From Phoronis australis (Eukaryota; Animalia; Phoronida), in assembly GCA_002633005.1 (NCBI GenBank), contig NMRA01000464.1, positions 62,001 to 126,000 on the forward strand: a stretch of DNA of 64,000 nucleotides, in the 5' to 3' direction. Below the pieces are notes generated by a model. The model did no database searches, was not told the origin of the DNA, and saw nothing but the letters and a program-made list of their open reading frames with translations. Positions 13,712 through 24,795 of this stretch are shown piece by piece. The position numbers and the translations under genes are program-made. Position 1 is the stretch's first letter. Each line of letters opens with the position of its first letter.

Positions 13712-13916
13712 GTGAGTACATGGAATGCGAACACAAAAGGTGTCTTTAGTTCTTCAAAAACATGTATATGGTTTGAACATACTATGTAAGAGTAATTTTT
13801 ATTTCGACTTCTTACTGTTGTAAAACTTGTTTTAGCTTAATCTTCCTTACTCGATCAGACGAGAAACAATTTTCGGGCTTGGGAAGAACTGACTCTTCAT
13901 TATTGCCCGAGGCTGC

Positions 13917-14002
13917 CATGCTGGGCGCGTGACATGCTGTGCGCGTGACATGCTTGGCGCGTTACATGCTGGGCGCGTGACATGCTGGGCGCGTGACATG
14001 CT
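13917..14002. repeat. 16-bp minisatellite (catgctgggcgcgtga), about 5 copies
   Basis: Directly visible tandem repeat. Confidence 0.92.
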
Positions 14003-14586
14003 GACCTGCCTGACAAGCTAACTTATTGAGGGTATGGTTTTGAGCAATAAGGAATCAAGTTCTTTTCAAGTCTAGGCGTACTTCTGGTTTGTAGTTTTTG
14101 GCAGAATGTAGGTTTATTGCACCCGGCCTTTAATCATGGGGGGCTCTGTGGAGACGCAATGCTCATACGATTATCAAGGCAGGTTTTATCGCTTGGAACT
14201 GAAAAAATTGCTAGTAAATTGCACAATATTTAAAATGGACAAAAACTTAGGTAACTTGACAAACTGCGTATTTCTAGAATTACCAAGGTTGCAACTAAGA
14301 AAAAACAATTATTGAGTTGTTAAACGCAGGATTTCTGCGAATTGTTCTGAAGCGTTTATGAGAGGTTAAGAAAATCGGCTTTAAGTGAAATGGGAGTGTG
14401 TGGTTAAAAGGTGTCCACATGAAGGATTTCCTTGCACGTTTATACGTTTCGATCCTCTGACACACATACAGGTCAAATCTTCCGTTTCAAATTTATGTTT
14501 CCCAGGACGCCACATGGGATTCAGTAATGTTTACAAGGGTTATAAAAACCACTGTATTGGCGTAACAACTTTGAATGCACATTTAA

Positions 14587-15884
14587 AGGCGAAGGCAACC
14601 TTTTTTCATGTCATTTTTAGCAAAAATGAGGTTCGTTGATTATCCCAGACATATTTTTCACTTATTTACTACTTTTCGTAATTTAATCAATTACTCGTTG
14701 TCTACTCCGGAAGTGACGTTTTGGGAGGCAAGAATTTCGCGCCAATTTCTTTTCGTATAGTCTGACTGTGAGAGCAGTCGAGTCAGTCATTGTTCTACCT
14801 CGGTTGTGGTAAGTTCGGTCGTCGTTTGCTTTTGCTTACGAGTCAGTCAACATGCCACGCTGTTGCTTCGTACTGGGGTGTACTCATTATCGTCTCACGT
14901 ACAGAGGAAGAACTGTCCCACTTGCCCGAGTGTCCCGCGACACACTCCCACTGGAGGGTGATCTGAGCACCCAAACTGCTTAGATCCCGCCGTGTGACTC
15001 CCTCGCCACACACCTGGCACCTTCTAAATAGCTCCAATACAAGTCCACAATAAACTTATCAAACTTAGGCTCACCGATCTGTTCATTGGATGACGAACTG
15101 TCCTCTTCACTGGGTGTCGAACTGGGCCTGTATTCACACCCAACATCGCTGCAAGGCTGCTTACAGGCTCTGGGCTAGAGACAACAGCACAGGGCGAATC
15201 ACTGCTAGTTCCCGGAATTGCACGCAATGGGGTGCGTTCGGAGGCAAGAATGACAGCAGATGAAGTGCCTCCAGTCACTGTATATATAGTGGCCACAGCT
15301 CGCGAGGCTTCGCTTCAAAAACGTACTTCTCGGGGTTGGCGACGGAGCACTGCCGGGAATCAACAGCCACGGTATGGTATCCTTCTTCAGACGTTGTTTC
15401 GCAGGGACCTTCATCAATTCAGCGTACATATCTCTGTCGTAATCTGACGGCAGAAAATGCTTGCCACACACTCGGTCGGTCGGGTAGCGCTGCGTTCTTC
15501 ACGTGAACGAGCAAGCCAAGTACGGCGAAGTGTGTCGTCCTTCGGAAAGCGACGCAAGGTACCCAAAGCGCGTGTGAGACGATAATAAGTACATCCCGGC
15601 ACGCAGCAACAGCATGGCATGTTGACTGACTTGTAAACAAAGCAAATGACTACCGAACTTATCACAACCGAGGTAGGACAATGTGTGACTCGACAGCCCT
15701 CACAGTCAGACTATAATGAAAAGAAATTGGCGCGAAACTCTTGCCTCCCAAAACGTCACTTCCGGAGTAGAGGACTAGAAATTAATCAAATTCCGAAAAG
15801 CTGTAATTAAGTGAAAAATGTGTCTGGGATAATCAACGAAACTTATTTTTGCTAAAAGTGACATGAAAAAGGTTGCCTTCGCCT
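14587..15884 (-). mobile_element. Kolobok-type non-autonomous DNA transposon, copy 1, in ankyrin gene intron 2
   Basis: TTAA at 14583-14586 and 15885-15888; termini AGGCGAAGGCAACC...GGTTGCCTTCGCCT; inverted arms of ~310 bp; frameshifted THAP (MPCCCCVPGC...RFP...W...CGKHF...TIP, ATG 15620) and CxxC...CxxGH zinc finger. Confidence 0.88.
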
Positions 15885-16970
15885 TTAACGTTGTCCGTGC
15901 TATTGTTATGTTTTTTTACAGAATGTTTCTGTAATAACAAGAGAAGCAATTTTAGAACATATCTTTCCTCGAGAAAACTTAACACGTGTCCATGCATCTG
16001 AGTAATATGAAACCCGGCCCGCGTCTGGAAATTAGTCATTCACCGAGAAGTTTGATTAAGAGCAAAAGTTTTGTATCAACCAAGGAGCTCCTTCGGAAAC
16101 GTACATTTTGCCGAAGTAGGTTTACATCCAGAAGGCCCCCAGGAGGCTTTTTCAAACCTTGTTTCCGGAAAAGCGCCCATGTAGGCTCTGTTTTGCCATC
16201 GGTGCATTTTTTACTGTTCTACATTTCCACTTTAAGCTCATCTAGTCGACTTCACTTTCTGAAAGGTAACAGTATTGCCTCTTTGATCAACATAACCCCG
16301 ATTTTGTATTGCTTCTGTACACTGTGGGTGGTTTTAAGTCATCGAAGTTACATGAATTTTCTCTTCGCTGAAAAATTCGTCAAATTATTTGTCATATTCA
16401 TCAACTGTTCAGATAGTAAACCATTGAACCTAGTAATGAGCAGACAATATACCTTCAGAAGAGTGTTCATTGCTAGCTATTCTGAGAAGCCAACCTCTTT
16501 CATTTGACGAAGCACGTCGGTCTGCTTCTCAGATCCATGTCGTCTCCAGTTCTGCTGCTCTGTCTTGAATGAAAATTTCCCAAACCCAGTTCAAAGCGCC
16601 TACTACGAACTCAGAACAACGGTATTTCAATATCTAGCCACAATACAGTTATGCAACAACAACTTTTTTCTTCCCAACGCCATATGAAGAGCTGGGCGCA
16701 GGATGGCGGAAAGGAACACGAAACTGGTGGCGACAGGGGTGAACAATTGGGAATTTCTGACAGACGTTATTGTTGACTGGAAAAACATTTGAGGATGGCC
16801 TTAGTATTTTCTTTACCCTCTACTACTGAAGGAAAACCTTCTTGTGCTTATATGGTCTTCATTTAATTAAGTGTTGGCGTTGCATAGGCAAGATGTCTTG
16901 CTCAACAACATTGGTATGATGACGAATATTATCCAGTGATAATTTCAGCAAATTTGATTTTGATTTCCAG

Positions 16971-17189
16971 GAGCTTCACCTAACGTAAGGTCAGACGATG
17001 GCCGCACGCCGTTTTTGACAGCGCTTGATGACGGAAGTTGCGCGGTGTGTAGATTATTCCTGCGTAATTCTACGAAGTGTGGTCTAAATTTACAAGCAGT
17101 GGATCACGAAGGAAGTTCAGCGTTGTTTATAGCCATCAAATCACCGTATCTTGACGACGTCGACGTGATTAAAGAGTTGATAGACACAG
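16971..17189 (+). CDS. Ankyrin-repeat protein exon 3
   Basis: tttccag acceptor; GASPNVRSDDGRTPFLTALDDG...AVDHEGSSALFIAI...VIKELIDT, two ankyrin repeats; GTTCGT donor at 17190. Confidence 0.85.
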
Positions 17190-17321
17190 GTTCGTTACAA
17201 AAAAAAATAACTACTTCTTGAAACTTTTGTATCAGAAACCTCGGCGTGTGACAAATCTTATACTCCTCTGTAACATTTCTGAAAGAGTCGACACCTTCTC
17301 TGTCATGTCCTTTAGACGGTC

Positions 17322-17428
17322 TGGACTGCATTCCGTAGACGCAAGAATATCGCCAGTAGAGCTACTGTGGTCACGTGTTTCGCTTACAATGCATGTCGAT
17401 ATCTCGGAATGCTTGCATGATCTTGCGT
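17322..17428. mobile_element. Short MITE-like repeat with an inverted homologue at ~28588-28716
   Basis: Reverse complement aligns by eye with 28615-28716 (atgcaag..gatatcg..aagcga..cacgtgacc..attcttgc). Confidence 0.55.
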
Positions 17429-17930
17429 TTCATGCGCGCACCAAGGGGGGGGGGTGGCTCGAACGAGCGAAGTGGTTAAAAAGGTCCGTCTCAGAGAAAC
17501 AAAAAGTCCGTGAAAACGAGACAAAAACTCCACAGGAAGGCCGCGCGAATGCACAATTCATAGGTCTGAAAGTAGTACCCCGCTTTTTTTGTTTTTTTTT
17601 TAGTCCTCGTTTTTTAGACCCCGCTTTTATTTTCAGTAAAAGGTTTACATACTGGAAAATTCGAACCCCCCCCCTATATTTTATGCTGGGTGCCCGCCTG
17701 CGTTTTGCTAAATTCTTGCCTCTGTGGAACACAGCCCTGGTTTATTCGGCAAATTTGGGTGACTGTTGCGCAATGATTTTAAATCAGGCATTTCCGAAGT
17801 TTGTCTAATTACCATTTTCATTCCAAATACAATTGCTGTGTTTAGCTTGACCAGTCAATATTTATCACAATTTTTACCTAGGCTTATACGGGACCACTTG
17901 TGAAATCAGACTGTTTTGTACCATTTTCAG

Positions 17931-18046
17931 GATACAGTTTTGAGAACGACGTCGCTTGGTTAAAGAGCGCAAGACGGCCAGAAAAATTTTCTCACAATCA
18001 CTCACTATGGAAACGCATTAAAGAATGTTTGGACATTACCAAATGA
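17931..18046 (+). CDS. Ankyrin-repeat protein terminal exon (putative)
   Basis: ttttcag acceptor; phase-1 join reads GYSFENDVAWLKSARRPEKFSHNHSLWKRIKECLDITK* (TGA 18044-18046); the four exons total 1056 nt. Confidence 0.7.
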
Positions 18047-18220
18047 AGTTGGAAATTCGCGCTTTCACGACTTAGTTATCACTCGCTAAATCTAAGAGTG
18101 TGAGTCTTTTGTCCGAAGCCAACGTCATGTGCCACCCAGAATCCAGACAATCCAATGCGAAGTCCTGTGTAGTTGCAAGTAAGCCCTACACAGAGCCATG
18201 GCAATTAAAAGTGAAATCCA

Positions 18221-18298
18221 TTATACAGATACTCTAGGCCGATGACGTTATTCAGATACACTAGGCCGATGACGTTATACAGATATCCTCGGCCGATA
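18221..18298. repeat. 27-bp tandem repeat, about 3 copies
   Basis: ttatacagatactctaggccgatgacg repeated with substitutions. Confidence 0.85.
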
Positions 18299-18299
18299 T

Positions 18300-18700
18300 C
18301 ACGAGCCGGGATCTAATCATTCTACTCGAAACCGAATTCGAAGTTCTTTTTGGCATTTTCCGTTCTACTTTTGCCTAAACTCAAGATAAGCAGTGTCTGT
18401 TATTCTGTACTAGCCAGTGCATTCTGATTTATATATCCCAAGTTTACATTTGATAATACTAGATTCGAGCTCAAAACTCGAGATTTCGAGTAAAAATTCG
18501 GAATTTCGAGCTCAGACTTTTAGCCTCAATTATGGGGTCATTAAGTGCAAACTAGGATTCAGCAATTACGCACGTAAGCGGCCATCTACTCCAGAGTAGA
18601 ATAATACACACTCATCTTGAGTTCGCACAAAGGTAGAATAGGGAATGCCAAAGATAATTTAGTGGGTCTCGATTAAAGGGACTAGACTCAGGATCCTGGT
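18300..18700. mobile_element. Palindromic MITE; second copy at ~21600-22000
   Basis: Long imperfect inverted arms (ttggcat..ctactttt..tcaagataag vs tcttgagtt..cacaaa..tgccaaa) and ctcga/tcgag-rich core shared with 21600-22000. Confidence 0.65.
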
Positions 18701-20078
18701 CATGACATATGGACCGAGGGCGAGGGCGAGGGAAACAATTTTGCACGCATGCATCTATGCAAAATACTGGCTAAACAAAGGAGCAGACAGGAACTTGTAT
18801 GAAGCTTGACTTGGCAAAAAGATGTACAAAACAGCTAGCTTAAGTCATGAGTCCAAAGGAAAACCAGTTGCGTCTCAAGGTGAAACTTATGCGTAGGTAC
18901 GACACTTTGCTTTTAAAAAGCGCATTATTTAGGATATAGGCATAGTCATGAATATGCTACATGTATCTAGGGGCGCACTAGAAGTCATCCGATGTCGATG
19001 AGTGAGGGCGTGGCTAATTGTAAACTGATTGGCACTACTCTCTTTCCGACACCCAAGCTAGCATTGCTTCGACAGCGGCTGGCCAAACACTAGACACTTC
19101 GGTTTTTGAAACTGATCAACATTTAAGTGTTTACTTGACTTGGTGGTTAATGGAATTGAAATTGAAATAAATGATGCTTTACATGTATTCGCTTGGCTCG
19201 TAGAGTTATTCTCGCGTATTCAACAGTAATATAGATATAGGTTACCACACATACATAAGGACATTATACTGCCATATCCTATCGAAAATTCATTTCATCT
19301 GGGAATGTCCCAACGAGATAGAAGCCTTTGAGCCTATTCACAGGTAACGGCAGCCCATTGACAAGTCAAATTTCATTCACAGATGCATGGTCGATTCAAA
19401 CAGTAGTAGTTTCGCATTGTATTTTTATGTTCGTTGATAAGACTAGATGGCCCGGTAACATATTTTAAGGATAAGTGATGGTTGGGAAAACTGCTCCGTG
19501 CAATTTGACTGCGTTTGAATTTTTTTCCTGTCAACTTGTGGTCTACATTTAAGAACTATGAGAGTGCCTTGATTGTAGACGAAAGGTTACATGTACTGTT
19601 AACTACACAGGTTCCAAATGTTTAATTAAAATAATTAATAAAATAGTAAAACTAGTAATACTAAAATGACGAGCGTCGGTACTAAAATATATTTTTATCC
19701 TTCGGTAACTGCACGGCATTCCAACATCTATTTGATTTAAAAATAATTGATGTTTGTGAAACCTCATCAAGACCAATTTATTTCCCTTTGTGCTTGTTTA
19801 CCAGTTCACTTACCAGAGCAGGCCCCTAGCCACGACTATGCAGGGGGTAGTTCGAATTTCTAAAACATTGGCCCTTTTGATGATATTTCACAAAAATCGG
19901 CGTCGACTGTGTTCCTTTTATTTTTTGGGAACCAATGAGCGACGCGATTAGTTTTCAATACATTATTGTCAAGAAAGAAAACACAAGAGACAACGCTACG
20001 TACACTGAGTACTTAATGTACATGTCGCAAGTTCAACTTCCATCACTTTGCGCATTGAAACGACGAGATGCACATTAG

Positions 20079-20224
20079 GGCCCAGGTGCATAAAAGTTAT
20101 ACGCCGTATAGCAACAATGACGTCTCATTATCACGCGTCACGTTATTATTGTTGAACAATGCACCTGACGTCATGCAACAATCGAACTTATCCAGCGGAT
20201 AATTTGGTTTTATGCAACCCAGCC
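20079..20224. mobile_element. Harbinger-type MITE (ggccc..tgcat / atgcaacc..gcc termini)
   Basis: TIR ggcccaggtgcataaaa / ttttatgcaacccagcc flanked by tag / cag. Confidence 0.6.
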
Positions 20225-20999
20225 CAGGTTAATACGCTTCTTGCCCCCTCCCCCTAAATCCGCCACTGGAGGCCTACTTGTTTCGGCGGAATACTAATCA
20301 CCAGTACTGTCAACAGGCAGTAGCCCCGCCACACAGGACTAAATATTTGAGTTGGGCCAGATTTATCCGCCAGGTAACCGTTTGAAACCATTTGCATAAT
20401 GTCGAGCAACATTCTGCATGCAGCATAGGGTACCTTACAGACATTTTCAGCCGAGGGGCAGCAGCGTTCAGAGGTTTTGTCGATGCAGGGACGATTTTTT
20501 ATTAGACGCCTCTCTTTCTCTCTCAACTCAAATGCATATATCCTATTCAGGTCCGTAGCCGGCTTTGAGCGGGGGGTGGTTCGAATTTCAAGAACGGTGG
20601 CACCTTTGATATTTTGCAAACGTCGACACTGTAGAGTTTTCTGCTAGACCTTTGACGCAGCTGAATTAGGGAGAAGGGAAATCTGTATACACAAATTAAC
20701 GATGACTCTCAGCTATGTTCATGAGATGAGACGGAATTTGTAATACCAGAAATGAGGATGTTGTGACGGTTGCTCGCAAAGAACGGGTCACAAATTCGGA
20801 TGTAATGTGGTCCAGAAAGAGAACGTTCTAGCATTATCTCCTTCCAAAGTTTCAAATCATCCATGCTTAAATACGTGATTACACCTCATTGCATACTCAC
20901 ACGGAAATATGAAGTTTAGTCGGCGAATGGCTTAATTGACAAAATTGTTTTCCTGGTTGTATTTTAGCGTGTTACTTAAGTTACTTACATCGCTGGAAA

Positions 21000-22128
21000 T
21001 GGGAACAGACTACTATTTCGAATGTTCACTACTTCGAAGATTCCCTACTCCGAAGATTCGCTGCTCCAAAAATATCCAAACCGTCAAACTCAGATGTGAT
21101 TTTTAACCTTTAACATGCAGAAGTAAACGATATTTTGGTTATTAGATGGACCTATACTGACAACAACGACCGGGCACTAAAACACTTTGTTTGGATTTCG
21201 TGTAGACGGTGACCACGTCTCCAGCTGACAAGCAAAACTTAGGAAACGGTGATCAGATGTCCCTGTGCATGAGAAGTTGCCCGCATGTCTTAAAATGAGT
21301 ACACATTTGCATTTTTAAATGTTATGAAGTAGAATACTGATGAATTGTCAACCATGACACATTCATCAAATCCATGTCAAGATCGCATTGCAGTGCGACG
21401 CACAGAACCGGATCAAAAGTAAATAAAGCTAGTAGGCCACCCTGTCCCTGCCAGTCCTCACGAAGTCAGGGAGTTCCATTCAGTCTTCTTAAATTTGAAA
21501 CCATCGTTGGTCGCCGCAGCCTTGACGTGTGCCCCAGATGTTGTCTCTGCTTGAGAATAAGTCGTGATCACACAATCAAGAGTAGTGAACTGTCGGAGTT
21601 CTGGACCCAGTCTCGAATCTTTGTAGGCCTACTCGAGAATGGAACTCAAAATTATGTTTGGCATGTTTTACTCTACTTTTGTGAGAATTCAAGATAAGTG
21701 TCTATTATTTTATGTTCGAGTACATAATGACTTACCTGGATAATTTATTAATCCTAGTAAGCCAATCATAAGCCCAACATTAAAGCTAAAAGTTCGAATT
21801 TGAACTCGATATTTCGAGTTTTTACTCGACTTTGTAGCACGAATGTAAGGGTCTTCAAGTGCAAACTATAGAAACTCATATGCATAAACTATAATTATTT
21901 GACCACAGTCTGATAACCATTTATCTTGAGTTTGCACAAAAGAAGCACAGGAATTGCCAAAAATAATTTCGAGTTCGTTTCGAATACAAAGATTAGAAAC
22001 ATAGAACTGGTTTTAGAATAGTGGAAATTCGAAGTAGTGAATTTTAGAAGGTAACAACCTTCGGAGTAGTGGACATTCGGAGAACAGGACCTTCGGAGTA
22101 TTGAACCTTTCATAGTGACATGGAACAT
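21000..22128. mobile_element. Element with inverted termini built of ~15-bp subrepeats, containing a nested palindromic MITE (~21600-22000)
   Basis: Left: ctacttcgaag / ctactccgaag repeats; right: ttcgaagtagtg / cttcggagtagtg repeats in inverse orientation. Confidence 0.6.
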
Positions 22129-23979
22129 TGAAAATCTTTTTCATTACGTTTGTCGCTCGTATGAAGTCTGCAGGGTTGTGCACCATTGACATTGATAGAC
22201 TAGAGAAGATTTTCATTGACCAAAGTTGAGGTCTAGGCCTACTTTTCCATCATAACGTGAAAATGCTCGGCGGGGTATTCTCAGTGCAAGAAAACACGGT
22301 GGCTGAATGTTTGGTTTTTGAGCACGACAGAGGACTGCCTGTAATGATCTCACTGAATTTAAAAGAAAGGAAACGCACACACGTGTACGCGCATTGACGT
22401 CAATTCACCAATCCACAATCAAAGCGGACACTGGATGAACAACATATTTGCATATTGGACGATCACTTTCAATTCAAAATTTAAAAACGCCAACACTTCC
22501 ACCGTACTGTGCTTGCAATTAAACCAAAGTAGCAGAATAACAAATTTCAGTTTTCTGCTGTTTGGTTTCTTGGCCGAGCCTAAGGCATTCACGCCACACT
22601 ATTTTTTGGGAACTCTCTCGTTGCTATGTACATGTAGCTTACTAATATCGTAGTGCCAGACTTTTATGCTTAAGTATAGGTATTCATTTCTAGACCCCAT
22701 TGTTACCCTTTGGTGTAGCCACCACGCGCGTGGTTTATGAATAACATAAAGCCTCCTCTTTATGGTATGCGCGATCCTGTCATATACACAAACAGCGGCA
22801 CTAGGGCGAATTTGTCCGAGTACGGCCCGATGCCATGCTTTCAATCAGAAGCAAATTCAAATTTACAAATTTATTACTAACTTAGTTGTCATCGTACTTA
22901 GTAGCACTAGTAGCTGCAACAATTTTCTTGTTGTTGTTCATTTATATCATATCTTTAACGAATATGCTGGGGCTGGACCTTTTCAGCGGTGGAGGGGTTC
23001 GATCGAACCCTCCGAACCCCCTGGCTGTAACTATTAATAATAAAAGTAAAAAGGTGAAACAAACTACAATCATTATTTGATTCAACTGCAAATCAGTTAC
23101 GGATTCCAAAAAGATGATACATAGTAGTTCGATACCCCCTCCCCCAATGTGGATACCCGGGGCTGTCGCCACCATATCTGAGAACCATCTATAAGTTATG
23201 AATTTGAACGTGTGTTATATTCACTATGACAAAAAGCGAACAGTTCCATTGCCCGCATGTCTGTGTCGTGCAAATAAAATGATTGTCGATCCAACTAAAC
23301 TGAAAAACCATCAGAACTCGTTATTCCCACAATGTTCCCCATCTGGCGTAGTTTGTGCGATTCAGGGCAAAAAAATACGTCTAGCATGGTCGGGGAAAAT
23401 GTTGATATAGCTACTGACGTCATTGGTCTTGACGCATCTATGGAGTTCTCTGTGGGCTCCGTTTATGAGAAAGATGTAGATTGTCCAAAACTGACCAGTT
23501 TTCCCAAATCTGCCATTAATTACTGTGTGAAATGAAAGAATTCGACGCGCATACACAACGCAGACGACCGCAAAAGACGGCATTTCGATTATTTCTCGAT
23601 TTAACAGTTGCATGAAATGACTCGTCGGAAGACAGAGGGACGCTGTTTAGACTGGTAAAATATGACAATGAAAATTGAAATTCGTGCAAACACAATGTGC
23701 AATCCCTTACGGACGGATTTCAGATTTTGTTTTTAATAATGAATCATGTAGAGTATTCCGCTGTTGTCGCATAGACTTGTGAGGTCGCTCCAACATCAGG
23801 CGCAATGTTTCTGGTTTTCATGCCCTGACGTAAACTTGCGGACAAAAAATCTCTCACCTTGGGCGATGACTTATGTCGTACGGACTCACTGGCTTTATTA
23901 AAAAGTGCCTGGTTGCTCAACGTGATGCTTATTCAGCGTGAATGGGCTTAAGTAATCAATTTTGTTTCGACTCTTTATA

Positions 23980-24795
23980 ATTTGTCTGACGGGGCACCAC
24001 ACCGCTGACTCTGTTTGGCATCTTACTTTTGTGCCACGTGCAGTGATGCTGAACGTCGTGCAATTCAACTCAGGTACTTGGGCGTGTCTGGCGGGGACAA
24101 CCCACCACTAGATTTGTCTGGCAGTATTTATTCTTGATACCTGGGCTTACGTCGAATATTTTGCAACTGGTTTCACGCGGTTACCTCTTGGGTTGATTTA
24201 GCTCAACTCAGGTATTTGGGCGTGTCTGGGCTAACCTACCACTAGATTTGTCTGTCTGGGCTCACGGTGAATATTTTTCAACTGGTTTTAAGCTGTTACC
24301 TCACGGGTTGATATAGCTCAATTTTTAAACCTTTTTGATAATCGTCTGGCAGGGGCACCCCACCACTGAAATTTTCTGGCCCCTACTGTTGTGCCATTTA
24401 GTGATGCTGAACATCGTGCAATTGGTTTCAAGCGGTTACCTGGTGGGTTGATCTAGCTCAACTCAGAAGTGTCTGGCGGGGCTAACCCACCACTAGATTT
24501 GTCTGGCAGTGTTCATTACTGATACCTGGGCTCACGGCGAATATTTTGCAAATGGTTTCATGCGGTTACCACTTGGATTGATCTAGCTCAATTTTTTACC
24601 TTGTTTATAAGCGTCTGGCTGATACTCCCCACCACGGAAATTGTCTGGCACTGACCAATTTCGATACAGTCTATTACGTAGTAGGTTTCGAAGGCAGTTT
24701 GAAGTGGTTACCAGAAAAGTTGATCTAGCTCAATTTTTGAGTGCCATTCTCTTGGCTCCCCTGACCACACCCACCAGAACGAACCTGCCAGACGG
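23980..24795. repeat. Degenerate complex tandem repeat, about 7 units of ~100-140 bp
   Basis: Recurring gtctggc..cccaccactagatttgtctggc, gcggttacc and ttgatctagctcaa blocks. Confidence 0.85.

Noticed and set aside
13917-14002. p53 response-element array (gacatgct repeats)
   Set aside because: Half-sites deviate from RRRCWWGYYY and are separated by 6 bp; explained by a simple minisatellite
14583-15888. piggyBac classification based on the TTAA TSD
   Set aside because: Termini start with AGG rather than CCY, and THAP plus KolX content fits Kolobok
17218-17808. 196-aa ORF in ankyrin intron 3
   Set aside because: Runs across MITE-like fragments and homopolymer runs; not in splice phase with the ankyrin exons; no domain signature
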